DNA of 64,000 nt from a virus (lineage: Duplodnaviria; Caudoviricetes), in the IMG/VR virus record IMGVR_UViG_3300033068_000713, positions 1 through 64,000 of that record. One strand, given 5' to 3'. The translations under genes were made by a program, and so were the position numbers. This document shows, piece by piece, positions 28,407 to 37,631 of this stretch. Within the stretch, counting starts at the first letter, position 1. Each line of letters opens with the position of its first letter. Under the pieces are notes generated by a model. That model saw only the letters and a list, made by a program, of their open reading frames with translations, was not told where the DNA came from and searched no databases.

Positions 28407-28784
28407 GTGAGTACTCAGGTCAACCAATGGTTTATGTGGGGAATCAAAGTTCCTTACGAGTGGCACGATGAGTGGGAGAAAAAGAATCCCGATAAAGGCG
28501 AATTCTACCCCTACTTCGAGTCATTTATGGATGATTCCGCCTTCACCTCGGGAGTGAATCACAAAGAAGGAATATTTTGCCTTTTCGATGGGCGAGACGG
28601 AAAATATATTATCATTGGTCGGGTCTTTCAGAAGACCAGAGATGGGGATCTTTTGGGAGAACAAAAGCCATTCTCTCCACCCAAGTTGACCGAGCTTGAA
28701 AAAGAGCTAATCCAAACCTCTGTGATGAGGAACTTTGGATTGGAGGGTGCGTTCGATTACTGGTTTGTCACCCAACTGCGATGA
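28407..28784 (+). CDS. Hypothetical protein
   Basis: 125 aa, GTG start. Confidence 0.65.
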   Translation: MSTQVNQWFMWGIKVPYEWHDEWEKKNPDKGEFYPYFESFMDDSAFTSGVNHKEGIFCLFDGRDGKYIIIGRVFQKTRDGDLLGEQKPFSPPKLTELEKELIQTSVMRNFGLEGAFDYWFVTQLR

Positions 28785-28938
28785 TCTACCACTCCCTAAC
28801 CTACACCACCCTCCTCCTCTCCCTAGTCCTAGCCTGTCTTCTGCTTCGTGCGCTGCGGTTGGGACTGGAGAAGCGGAAGGAGTCTTGGAAATGGCCGGAA
28901 ACCGTTTCAAAATTGCACGAATAGAAAGAAAACGAGAA

Positions 28939-29223
28939 ATGAAATATGATATTGATTACTTTATAGCCAAGTTTGAGGGTATTCCCGAAGACAAATGGTG
29001 TACCGGAGATTACGAAGATTCTCATGGAAGGCATTGCGCATTGGGCCATTGCGGAGGTTCTTTGTTTTCAGCCAGAACTAAAGAGGAGGAATCTTTATTT
29101 TCTATTTTAGGAAAAGTTGGAATGATTAATGACGGTAAAATTGGATATGATCAATTTGGAGATCACCCAAAAAAGAGAATCCTATCTGCCTTATCTAAAG
29201 CTAAAGAAGGAACCTTAAATTGA
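28939..29223 (+). CDS. DUF6197-like hypothetical protein
   Basis: IPEDKWCTG..HCALGHC..IND..PKKRILSAL. Confidence 0.55.
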   Translation: MKYDIDYFIAKFEGIPEDKWCTGDYEDSHGRHCALGHCGGSLFSARTKEEESLFSILGKVGMINDGKIGYDQFGDHPKKRILSALSKAKEGTLN

Positions 29224-29386
29224 GTCAGTATGACCAAAGACCGCTACAAAGAACTAATGGACTCCGAAGCGATCCTCCTGACAGACGAGGAGATCGACCA
29301 GGGTTGGCACTTTTGCGCTGACTGGGATGGGCTTTTGATTGGGCCTGAGATGGAGGAGCAGAAAACTTGCACCTGTTTGCTTTCCG

Positions 29387-29767
29387 ATGCGCAAGAGTCC
29401 GCTTAAAAGAAAGACGCAGCTCAAGCGTTCCTCCAAGACCCTTCGCAAGAAGAGGATCAACCCGGTTAGCGCCGATAAGGGGAAGTGGCTGAAGTTGTAT
29501 CGGGAGATGCGAGCAAAAGACCCGACTCAGCTAGAGGCTCATCACCCGTTCGCCCGAAAAAAGGAGGCTTTACTTGCCTATGTTTTAGTATCGCGAGAGA
29601 AACACCGCGAAATCCATGATAACGGCAAGGAGGCATACGCTCAAGGTTGGCTTCAAGGCCCGTATTATGGATGGCCGATTGATCCAAATCATCCTCGGCC
29701 CTGGAGCGTACATGAAGAATTTAGATGGAGTGAAAAATACAAGCGAACGCGAAAGGAAACAGAATGA
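29387..29767 (+). CDS. Basic protein with degenerate HNH-like motif
   Basis: RKSPLKRKTQLKR..EAHHPFAR..HREIHDN. Confidence 0.5.
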   Translation: MRKSPLKRKTQLKRSSKTLRKKRINPVSADKGKWLKLYREMRAKDPTQLEAHHPFARKKEALLAYVLVSREKHREIHDNGKEAYAQGWLQGPYYGWPIDPNHPRPWSVHEEFRWSEKYKRTRKETE

Positions 29768-30036
29768 CCTACCAAGACCAAGTAAACGACATGCTGAAAG
29801 AAGCGGCCAAAAGCATCCTTGCGCAGCGCCCTTTAAAGCCTCACCCTCTCCAATCCGAATTCGACGCCGCGATCTTCCACGCAGGATACGGCTTAACTGA
29901 ACGTGAGTACGCTATCGCCAAGGACTTCTTCGCCTCTGGAAAGCTCGGTCGCCCCTGTATATGGGGTGAGTATGAGCGGGAGGTTGCGAAGGATTACGCA
30001 GAGCTTGACGTTCAATCAACAGTTATTGAGCTATGA
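29764..30036 (+). CDS. Hypothetical protein
   Basis: ATGA-coupled. Confidence 0.6.
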   Translation: MTYQDQVNDMLKEAAKSILAQRPLKPHPLQSEFDAAIFHAGYGLTEREYAIAKDFFASGKLGRPCIWGEYEREVAKDYAELDVQSTVIEL

Positions 30037-30323
30037 GAGACTTCGCCACTATCCACATCATCATAGAGTTCCCGTACGGAGAGAAAACTCTTCGACAGTC
30101 TATTCCCATTACGCGGGATGCCTTCGCCCCGTTTCGCAGGCTCCCCCGTGACCGCGAATTACCTTTTGGTGAGTCTGGAAGAGAACAGGAATTGTTTCGC
30201 CTTCAGACCGCTGCGCTTCTCGGGAAACAGCTTGCCGAAGGAATCTTGAAAACCGTTCAGTCGGACGATACAGTTATGGGATATGAGCCTAAAGAATGGA
30301 AGGAAATACACAGAGAATTATGA
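30033..30323 (+). CDS. Hypothetical protein
   Basis: ATGA-coupled. Confidence 0.6.
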   Translation: MRDFATIHIIIEFPYGEKTLRQSIPITRDAFAPFRRLPRDRELPFGESGREQELFRLQTAALLGKQLAEGILKTVQSDDTVMGYEPKEWKEIHREL

Positions 30324-30574
30324 ACAGAGGAATGATGGTGGAGACATTTTACAAGCGAATGGAGGAGCAGCATCCCGTTCCACGGATGACAGACGATCAG
30401 GTTGCCATAATGAATCACGCTCTCGGTCATCCAAAAGATGCAGATTATCGGCCTTATTGCCTCGGAAAGGGCTGCAAGCAGATGCCTCGCATGTATCGAA
30501 TCCTGGACGGTTTTAAATGCTGGTCTTGCCAGAATGAGATCGGATTTGATTTGAGCAGGATTGCCGATAGTTGA
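30320..30574 (+). CDS. Cys-rich hypothetical protein
   Basis: YCLGKGC..MPRM..FKCWSC. Confidence 0.6.
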   Translation: MNRGMMVETFYKRMEEQHPVPRMTDDQVAIMNHALGHPKDADYRPYCLGKGCKQMPRMYRILDGFKCWSCQNEIGFDLSRIADS

Positions 30575-30589
30575 CAACTCGTGAACCAT
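30566..30589 (+). promoter_or_regulatory. Repeated motif copy GATAGTTGA-CAACT-CGTGAAC-CAT
   Basis: Overlaps the upstream stop; precedes the SLOG gene. Confidence 0.6.
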
Positions 30590-30615
30590 GTTGCACGGTA
30601 TAAGGGAGGAAAGAA

Positions 30616-30969
30616 ATGAAACTAGCCATTATTGGATCAAGAGAATTCCAGGATCGTCCTTTGATGATCGAAACCCTCACCGATTGGATTCGTGAGAACG
30701 GGAAACCAACCCACATCGTCTCAGGCGGAGCCCAAGGCGCAGACCGTATGGCCGCTTCCATTGCGGAGGACTTGGGAATCCCCGTGATTGAGCATCTGCC
30801 GGATTACAAAACCCACGGCGGCAAGCAGGCTCCCCTTGAGCGGAATAAGCTCATCGTGGCTGATTGCGATGAAATGCTGGCGTTTCCATTGGCTTCAAGC
30901 CGGGGATCATGGCACGCCATCAAGTTTGCTCAAAAGCAGGGAAAGCCTGTAAAAATCGTGGAGAGTTGA
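30616..30969 (+). CDS. DUF2493/SLOG-family (YspA-like) protein
   Basis: AIIGSREF, IVSGGAQGAD, APLERNKLIV, SRGS. Confidence 0.88.
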   Translation: MKLAIIGSREFQDRPLMIETLTDWIRENGKPTHIVSGGAQGADRMAASIAEDLGIPVIEHLPDYKTHGGKQAPLERNKLIVADCDEMLAFPLASSRGSWHAIKFAQKQGKPVKIVES

Positions 30970-30978
30970 TATTTTCCA

Positions 30979-31006
30979 TTGCCATTACTTACAGTGGCGT
31001 TAGTCT
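30979..31006 (+). promoter_or_regulatory. Promoter TTGCCA-N16-TAGTCT
   Basis: 16-bp spacer as in the other promoters; precedes a structured leader. Confidence 0.65.
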
Positions 31007-31012
31007 CAAATC

Positions 31013-31170
31013 AACAAGCCCACGTTGGGGAACGAGGCTTGTGAAAACACAATGGCAAACCGTAAAAACATAAAACCGCCCGCTGGGTTGGGAGCTTTGA
31101 GTTCAAATCGCACTTCGTCATTGGGTGCGACGCGATCCCCCTCGGAGTTTCCTACTCAGCGGGTTTTTTG
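31013..31170 (+). promoter_or_regulatory. Structured attenuator-like 5' leader with 44-aa uORF (31052..31186)
   Basis: Hairpin 31015-31041; long stem 31079-31094 with 31148-31163 enclosing TCGCAC/GTGCGA, followed by T6. Confidence 0.6.
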
Positions 31171-31178
31171 TGCCCGTT

Positions 31179-31805
31179 ATGGATAGACTACCTTATAAGA
31201 CTCTTCTCCAAGACCCTAGATGGCAAAAGCGGAGACTTGAAATTTTGGATGCCTACGACTTCCAGTGTTGCATTTGTGATGGAAGAGATGAGCAACTCCA
31301 AGTTCACCATCTTTATTACGTATCCAATCGACTTCCCTGGGATTACCCAAATTTCGCGTTTGAATGCCTGTGCCAAACTCACCATGCGAATAGAAATGGC
31401 GGACCTCAAATGTATGAAAACTCCCGTATAGAAATATGGGAGAAAGTGGCGGATGTTTTCTTGGGTCTTGAGCCAAATCTGCCTAACGCTCAATTCTTTA
31501 TGGCTCAAGCGATTGGAGAGCTTGAGAAAATGGATGTATCTATGGAGGCCATCATAGGATCAATGGCATACGGACTCTCTATGCTCTACAAGGATGTGTT
31601 TGGGCAATGTGAGAGAACCACAGGGCCATGGTCTCGCTTTTATTGGTTCCCTGGAAAAAAGGATCGAGTCTTAATCCTCTCCGATAAAGTCCATTGCTTT
31701 ATTTGTGGCGTTGTCCTCAAGCCTGAGGATGTGGGCGGGAGATTTGGAAAGAATCAACCTGTATGCGATTGCTGCTGCATGAAGCTAGAAAGGACCGAAC
31801 CATGA
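31179..31805 (+). CDS. HNH-type nuclease domain protein
   Basis: DPRWQKRRLEIL..CCIC..LQVHHLYY..PWDY..CLCQTHH; C-terminal CxxC..CxxC. Confidence 0.8.
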   Translation: MDRLPYKTLLQDPRWQKRRLEILDAYDFQCCICDGRDEQLQVHHLYYVSNRLPWDYPNFAFECLCQTHHANRNGGPQMYENSRIEIWEKVADVFLGLEPNLPNAQFFMAQAIGELEKMDVSMEAIIGSMAYGLSMLYKDVFGQCERTTGPWSRFYWFPGKKDRVLILSDKVHCFICGVVLKPEDVGGRFGKNQPVCDCCCMKLERTEP

Positions 31806-32656
31806 GTAAATCCGACAAGTTGCCGTCTCTCCAGTGGTATCCTGGAGACTGGAAAAAGGATTCCGGCGTTCAGGCGCTTTCGTTCCATGATAGGGGCGTG
31901 TGGTTCGAGATGCTTATGTTGATGCACGAATCCGAGCAAAGAGGTAAATTGCTTCTCAATGGGAAACCTATGCCACCAGAGGGGCTGGCAAAAATCCTCG
32001 GTTTGGATAACCAAAGTCTAACCACCACACTAACCACCTTATCAACCTACGGTGTTAGCTCGCTGTGTGAGGAGACTGGAGCGTTAATGTGTCGTCGCAT
32101 GGTAAATGACGAAAAATTGAGAATGATTCGCAAGAATTGCGGTAAATTGGGTGGAAACCCTAATTTGCTTAACCAAATATCCAACCAAACAGTAACCACT
32201 GGGGATAACCAAACTTCAACCCCTTCATCTTCATCTTCATCTTCTATTAAGAAGAATGAAGAGAGTATTGATAAGAAGAAAAAAAGAAAGAGGTCAACTC
32301 CGCTTCCGCCAGACAACGATTGGCTTACAAGCCTGGAGACAAGTGGCATTTATCCTCCAGCGATCAATGTGCGATTTGAGTTCTCAAGGGCTAAGGAGTG
32401 GTATGCAGAAAACAGCGGAACGGAAGTGACAAGACTTCAATTCACAAATTGGCTCGGAAGAAATCTTAAACGATTACCGCCTAGCGCAAAGCCAACCGAA
32501 TTGCATTTTGCCAAATCGACTGGAGAGGATTGGGACATCCTCGGAGATTACAAGGCATCGATCCAGTCTTCTCAATGGGAAACCCGAAGAAATTTAGTTC
32601 TCAGTGGTGCGGTGGAACCTGAAACAGATGAGGAGAAGGCGTTACTATGCAGGTGA
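31802..32656 (+). CDS. Phage replication initiator/replisome organizer
   Basis: LQWYPGDW..RGVWFEMLMLMH wHTH N-terminus; GKLGGNPNL linker; directly upstream of primase-helicase. Confidence 0.8.
   Translation: MSKSDKLPSLQWYPGDWKKDSGVQALSFHDRGVWFEMLMLMHESEQRGKLLLNGKPMPPEGLAKILGLDNQSLTTTLTTLSTYGVSSLCEETGALMCRRMVNDEKLRMIRKNCGKLGGNPNLLNQISNQTVTTGDNQTSTPSSSSSSSIKKNEESIDKKKKRKRSTPLPPDNDWLTSLETSGIYPPAINVRFEFSRAKEWYAENSGTEVTRLQFTNWLGRNLKRLPPSAKPTELHFAKSTGEDWDILGDYKASIQSSQWETRRNLVLSGAVEPETDEEKALLCR
32005..32222 (+). repeat. Iteron-like (T/C)AACCA repeats, putative replication origin
   Basis: GGATAACCAAA at 32005 and 32203; TAACCA/CAACC at about 11-12 bp spacing in 32008-32036 and 32170-32222. Confidence 0.6.
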
Positions 32657-34407
32657 GTGTCCGTGAAATCTCAAAGAGGCTCGCGGATCGCGTAGAGAGC
32701 GTTGTTCCGATGCTGCTTCCAGGAGGGAAGCCATCCAACGGAGATTGGGTTTGCGGGGACATTTCAGGGTCATCTGGTAAAAGCCTTAAGGTTCATCTAA
32801 CAGGCGCTCATACCGGAGAGTGGCGAGACTGGTCCACGGACGAACATAAGGGCGATCTACTTGATCTTTGGAGGTTCACGAAAGGCATCACCCTTCCTGA
32901 TGCCATTGCGGAAGCGAAGGGGTTTCTCGGAATACACGATAACGTGGTTTATGAGAGCAAGAAGTTTGCTAGGCCGGACTCGTCACTGACAAAACCCATT
33001 ACACCAGATGGTCGAGCCATGGCTTTCCTCAAGGAGGTAAGAAAACTCTCTGAGGAAACCATCGCGACCTTTAAGATTCAGGTTGCCACAAGGCGAAACG
33101 CAATCGCCTTTCCATGTTACTCGCCTAATGGGGAATTGCTAAATCGATCCTACCGTACGGTTCCAAAAAATGGAGAGCCGAAAGAGGTTTGGCAGGATGG
33201 AAAATGCGCCCCATGCCTTTTCGGTTGGCACGCTCTCCCAGAAAAGGCTTACTTAAGTCGTACAGTTTTAATTTCGGAGGGGCAAATTGATTGCATGACT
33301 TGGCATCAATGGGGTATTCCAGCCCTTAGTCTCCCTAATGGGACTGGGAGCTCGTGGATCGAATTTGAGTGGGAGAACCTAGCGGCATTTGACCACATTT
33401 ACCTCTCCTTCGACATGGATGGTGCTGGATCGGAGAATGTTTCAAAAATCATCGACCGTTTAGGTAAGCACCGATGCTTGAGGGTGGAGCTTCCGAGAAA
33501 GGACGCGAACGACTGTCTTTTGGCTGGATATGGGTCCGAGGACGCGGCGTTATGGGTGTCCAAGGCGAAGCCTCCTACCGTCTTCGGGGTCGTTATGGCG
33601 AAGGATTTGCGATCCCGAGTACACGAAGAGATTCGATCCAAGACAGAACCTTTCACCGCTCCATTCTTTCGGGTTAGATGGCCTTATGAGGGGTTTTATC
33701 CTCACCCTGGGGATGTGACTGTTTGGTTGGGCCCAACTGGTCACGGAAAAACGACTTTCCTTAATTTTCTCACGCTTGGTAATATAGCCAGGGGGACTAG
33801 GAATTTTGTGGCTTCTATGGAGGTTACGCCGGAAAGAAATATTCGCAAAATGGCAACTGCTCTTTGTCGAGGTGAAATGAATGGCAAATTGGCGGATCAG
33901 TTCTTAGATGACGCTGGAGAGCTTCTAATCTTTGCGGACAAGGTTGGTTACATTGATCGCAAGGAGTTGATGGAAATGATGTGGTTCTCCTACCGCAGGC
34001 ACGGTTGCGTCCACTACCTTATAGACTCACTTATGAGGGTTAGTGGGTTAGAGGAGGATTACCCGGCCCAAGGAGACTTTATGAATGAATTGCAGGCATT
34101 CGCGAAGAGCACTAAGACGTTCGTGAATCTAGTTTGCCATCCAAGAAAGCAGGCTGAGGGCCAACGCCCTGGGCAAATGGATGTGAAGGGGTCGAGTCTA
34201 ATTGCTAATAATGCCGACAACATCGTTTCGATCACAAGGAATTTTGAGAAAGAAAAAAAGCGTAAAGAAGGAACCTTAACCCCAGAGCAAGACATGATGT
34301 ATCACGACGCCGAAATCCGAGTCGAGAAGCAACGAGAGGTCGGATGGACAGGAATGTTCCGGCTTCGATTTGACCCTAGAACTTTTAGTTATAAGAAAGT
34401 AGATTAA
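32647..34407 (+). CDS. Primase-helicase (TOPRIM + DnaB/T7 gp4-like)
   Basis: ISEGQID, SFDMDGAG, KDAND; Walker A GPTGHGKT, YLIDSL, ADNIVSI. Confidence 0.92.
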   Translation: MQVSVREISKRLADRVESVVPMLLPGGKPSNGDWVCGDISGSSGKSLKVHLTGAHTGEWRDWSTDEHKGDLLDLWRFTKGITLPDAIAEAKGFLGIHDNVVYESKKFARPDSSLTKPITPDGRAMAFLKEVRKLSEETIATFKIQVATRRNAIAFPCYSPNGELLNRSYRTVPKNGEPKEVWQDGKCAPCLFGWHALPEKAYLSRTVLISEGQIDCMTWHQWGIPALSLPNGTGSSWIEFEWENLAAFDHIYLSFDMDGAGSENVSKIIDRLGKHRCLRVELPRKDANDCLLAGYGSEDAALWVSKAKPPTVFGVVMAKDLRSRVHEEIRSKTEPFTAPFFRVRWPYEGFYPHPGDVTVWLGPTGHGKTTFLNFLTLGNIARGTRNFVASMEVTPERNIRKMATALCRGEMNGKLADQFLDDAGELLIFADKVGYIDRKELMEMMWFSYRRHGCVHYLIDSLMRVSGLEEDYPAQGDFMNELQAFAKSTKTFVNLVCHPRKQAEGQRPGQMDVKGSSLIANNADNIVSITRNFEKEKKRKEGTLTPEQDMMYHDAEIRVEKQREVGWTGMFRLRFDPRTFSYKKVD

Positions 34408-34474
34408 CCCCCTCCGCGCCGAGGCCCAGAAGACCAAGGCGATTGCGTAAGAGAACCTGAATCGAAAGGAAGAT

Positions 34475-34729
34475 ATGAGCGAAGTTACCAAACGCAAAAT
34501 CCACTTCATTATGGTTCTCCATCCTCTGAACGGGTGGGTTCGTGTGGGTAAGGCCTATAGCACGAGGGCGACCGCCCAAGAGTGGCGTCCGTTTGTTAGC
34601 AAGGCGTGGAGGGGATGCCGCACGAAGGTTGCGCAATTCACAGCCGTGTTTCGTGATGGGAAGTTGGACGAGAAATCCAAGAAGACGTTGGACCGGAAAT
34701 TTAACATGGATGCGCCCGATCCAGCATGA
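34475..34729 (+). CDS. Hypothetical protein
   Basis: 84 aa, GAAAGGAAG upstream. Confidence 0.65.
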   Translation: MSEVTKRKIHFIMVLHPLNGWVRVGKAYSTRATAQEWRPFVSKAWRGCRTKVAQFTAVFRDGKLDEKSKKTLDRKFNMDAPDPA

Positions 34730-34932
34730 AAGCCCTCTTCTCCATCGAAGCCCCAGACGGCCAGCGCCACTACCTGACCGAGAAAGGCGACGAGATCACC
34801 CGCGACGAAGCGATTGCCGAGGCGAAGGAGTTCTGGGATGCCGACGAGGAGCTAGAGCGCAGGGTGAAGCGGTGGAGTGTGAAGCACGATTGTTTGATTA
34901 GAGAACCACGAACAGAAGGAATTGAGTTATGA
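34726..34932 (+). CDS. Hypothetical protein
   Basis: ATGA-coupled. Confidence 0.55.
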   Translation: MKALFSIEAPDGQRHYLTEKGDEITRDEAIAEAKEFWDADEELERRVKRWSVKHDCLIREPRTEGIEL

Positions 34933-35195
34933 TGAAGGAACCGAAAGTTGGGGATCGAGTGTGGGCGATTGATCGGGGTAATAATCCGGTTTGCGCCACC
35001 ATTGAGCGCAAATCCACATTCCGTGACTGCTGGCTGGTCGATCCTGACCACCGAAATCTGGACGATGAATACCTATTGCCAGAGGAAATGTTTCCCTCCG
35101 AACTGGACTGCCTCAAAGAAATTCACGAGAAGGTCACAGCCAAAGCGCGGGAACTGCAACGGCGCATCGATAAACTCAAGGAGATCACCCCCTGA
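34929..35195 (+). CDS. Hypothetical protein (SH3/KOW-like PKVGDRVW)
   Basis: Coupled 88-aa ORF. Confidence 0.55.
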   Translation: MMKEPKVGDRVWAIDRGNNPVCATIERKSTFRDCWLVDPDHRNLDDEYLLPEEMFPSELDCLKEIHEKVTAKARELQRRIDKLKEITP

Positions 35196-35222
35196 CAGAA
35201 CCGAGAACGGAGGATTGAAGGA

Positions 35223-35465
35223 ATGAAGATTAAAAACATGAAGGGCAGCGACGCCGCTTTTGAGCGAACCAAGCTATTGATCGAGCAGTGGTCAGAACAC
35301 CGGAACGGATGCCTTGAGGAGTTGGCCTTTATCACCATGTCAGAAGGCCTTACCTTGGATCAAGGTTTGGATCGAATGGCTGAAATGGGGAAACTCACCG
35401 ACTGGCCGCCGACTGACAGCGAGAAATCACCACCCGATGCTCCGCTCTGGGATGGTGTAACTTAG
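35223..35465 (+). CDS. Hypothetical protein
   Basis: 80 aa; last gene of the plus-strand run. Confidence 0.55.
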   Translation: MKIKNMKGSDAAFERTKLLIEQWSEHRNGCLEELAFITMSEGLTLDQGLDRMAEMGKLTDWPPTDSEKSPPDAPLWDGVT

Positions 35466-36331
35466 TTTGACACCGAGAAATTCACCGCAGTCTCTCCCGT
35501 AGGGGCTACGTTCGGGTATATCGTAAAAGACCCCGATCCCGCTACAACAGAAGCAGATTTCATCGTCGAGTCGTTTGTTGCTACGGTAGCCTGGATGATT
35601 GAATCAGCTGTTACAAAGCTGTTTGTCACCACCAGAGATGTTGCCAAAGCCGCAAAGTTAACCCGGCCCGTAAGAGCGTTAATGACTTGTGCCCCGGTTG
35701 TTCCAGGAGGGATGATTTCCTTGCTGAGGAAGAGATCGCTGACGACCTGGAGGTTGCCGTTGACGGAAAAGCTTCCGCCGATAAAAGCCAAGAGCCCTCC
35801 TGCGTAGTAGTACGCGTTCCCCGTGGCGTCAAAAGTCGCAATCGGGTCAGTTGTCCGATACAACCCATCTCCGTTCGCAACAGTATTCTTGAGCGAGACG
35901 ACCAGATCGGTAAAGGAGAGGCCTGTCGTGAAGACTGGGTTGATGGAAAAGACCGCCTTGGCTCCTGTCGAGAATCCAGTCTCGTCCGAAAGAGCGGCGG
36001 CTAACCCGGCAGAGTTCACCAAAGCCGTCTGGAAGAAGCTCAGGGCTCTACTAAGGGGGTTTCCGCTACCGTCAGTGCCCCAGACCGTTGAAGTGCCCGG
36101 AGAGACGCTTAGAGCGCCTTTAAACGTCCATGTGGCGACTCCTGTCTTCTGATAGAACCAACCCTTTACAATGTCGAGGTAAGCCCCTCCGACTGCTCCT
36201 AAGCCCGAACTAGGCACTCCCGAGCCGAAGAGGATCGCGGTTCCTGCTGCGGTTCCGCCCGTGATAACGTCGATACTGACTTGCTCGGTAGCGGTGTTGA
36301 CCGTTAGGACTACTTGTTCGTCGAGAGCCAT
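35462..36331 (-). CDS. Putative virion fibre/structural protein
   Basis: ILFGSGVPSSGLGAVGGAYLD..GWFYQK motif typical of fibre proteins; Thr/Ser/Val beta-rich. Confidence 0.65.
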   Translation of the reverse strand: MALDEQVVLTVNTATEQVSIDVITGGTAAGTAILFGSGVPSSGLGAVGGAYLDIVKGWFYQKTGVATWTFKGALSVSPGTSTVWGTDGSGNPLSRALSFFQTALVNSAGLAAALSDETGFSTGAKAVFSINPVFTTGLSFTDLVVSLKNTVANGDGLYRTTDPIATFDATGNAYYYAGGLLAFIGGSFSVNGNLQVVSDLFLSKEIIPPGTTGAQVINALTGRVNFAALATSLVVTNSFVTADSIIQATVATNDSTMKSASVVAGSGSFTIYPNVAPTGETAVNFSVSN

Positions 36332-36332
36332 A

Positions 36333-36704
36333 TTAGGAGTTGTTCCGGTAGGGAGTTCGGGTGACGGTTGAGGCTACATTAAGCTCGCCACGCATCCAGG
36401 TTTTTACCGTATCGTCGGAGTCGGTCAGCTCCAAATCGGCAATCCAATCTCCCGGAGTTAATGCGTCCAGATTCCTCGGGGGAATGGTGAGGTTCCAGTT
36501 GGTGGCATCGTTGATTGTAATGCCGTCGCTGTTGGTGAGCGTGACCTTTGGCTGAGATTCCGGCGTTTTGCGGAATTGCATTCGAGCCGTGACGACTGTG
36601 GTTGATGGGGGTGAACCGTTTTTTGTGACAACGATAATCGGTACCCCATCCCACGTATTTCCCTGAACCAGTGTCCCCATGGGTAAAATCGCGGGCGAAG
36701 CCAT
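36333..36704 (-). CDS. BppU-N/Ig-like structural protein
   Basis: QGNTW..TARMQFRK..WIADLELTDSDDTVKTWMRGELNV. Confidence 0.7.
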   Translation of the reverse strand: MASPAILPMGTLVQGNTWDGVPIIVVTKNGSPPSTTVVTARMQFRKTPESQPKVTLTNSDGITINDATNWNLTIPPRNLDALTPGDWIADLELTDSDDTVKTWMRGELNVASTVTRTPYRNNS

Positions 36705-36740
36705 GCCGCTGATATTAGAGCATGGAAATTATGGTGTCAA
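36705..36740 (-). promoter_or_regulatory. Leaderless promoter TTGACA-N17-TAATAT-N7-ATG
   Basis: -35 at 36740-36735, -10 at 36717-36712. Confidence 0.65.
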
Positions 36741-37150
36741 TCCATCCATTTTCCGTTCCACCAATCTTTGATGTCGGAAATTAGCAGGAGAAATCCGATG
36801 AATAAAAGGACTCCGATGAAAATTCGAAAAAAGGTTTCCATTTTAGAAGCGGCAGACTTTATCCGGTCTGCCAGCGGATTTTCGCTCGCCTACGAGTGTA
36901 ACGGATGGAAATCAAATGTCGCATCGGTGGGATTTTTACCCACAATCTTTCGATTTTCTGGGACACGCCGAATAGCTAAAATTCGGTCGAATAGCATTTC
37001 GTCCCGATGTAATTTTTATTTTGAGCGGCCACATTTCCAGCAGGTTGCTCAGTCTCTGTTCGCGAAGAAGAAGGCGACTACGGAATCGAACCGTTTTCAC
37101 TTTTTGAAGGCAGCATTGTCCATTATGCTAGATCGCTTCTTCAAATTAAT

Positions 37151-37229
37151 CGACCCCTCCAAGTGTTAAATGCGGTAACAGTCAGACCTGTCGCAAGTTC
37201 TCCTTGCGCTCTAGGCTTGGTAGGGGTCA
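37151..37229 (-). ncRNA. Multibranch structured RNA element
   Basis: GACCCCT-A-CCAAG/CTTGG-AGGGGTC closing stem with internal CGCAAG-GAGAA-CTTGCG hairpin. Confidence 0.55.
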
Positions 37230-37232
37230 AAG

Positions 37233-37310
37233 TGGTGGCGACGGTAGGATTCGAACCTACAATCTCCCTCTACGTCTAAAGGGTCGGCAATCCTCTGCCA
37301 TCGTTCGCCA
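37233..37310 (-). tRNA. tRNA-like gene with non-canonical anticodon arm (identity undetermined)
   Basis: GTAGG-TTCGAAT-CCTAC T-arm, GGCA/TGCC D-stem, encoded CCA; acceptor stem needs a bulge; anticodon arm CCCTTTA-GACG-TAGAGGG. Confidence 0.7.
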
Positions 37311-37318
37311 AAATGAAT

Positions 37319-37444
37319 TGAGAAGGCAGGGCTTGATACCTGCTCAGCGGTTCTCCCAATGCTGACCAAAACTGATTGTCCCTGTATTTCCGAAAATCTA
37401 TTCGGCAGTCAATCAAGCTCGGGCTTCCATCAGCCTGCTTCTCA
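37319..37444 (-). ncRNA. tRNA-mimic RNA B (UGAG family)
   Basis: TGAGAAG/CTTCTCA, GGCT-GATGGA-AGCC, extended central arm, long variable arm, GCAGG-TATCAAGC-CCTGC. Confidence 0.7.
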
Positions 37445-37631
37445 AATTGTGTTGTCTTATCGGAAGAATCACTCCAGCCCGTGGTCAGGTCGCTCACTTT
37501 CGCAATGAGTTGAGGCTGAGTTGCACCTCCCTCTAAGCTCATATTGCTACCCCTTGCGCTACGCCAAAATAACGAAGTGCCCTCACTGCACGAACTGGTT
37601 TGAATCTTCCTTTTGCTGAGAAAGACTGAGT

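Noticed and set aside
36768-37169. 133-aa plus-strand ORF
   Set aside because: No recognisable motif and opposite to neighbouring units; it could be real but is unsupported
37268-37285. Ochre suppressor anticodon (CUUUAGA loop) in the tRNA-like gene
   Set aside because: The stem that would flank that loop has only 3 of 5 pairs, whereas the alternative hairpin has 7
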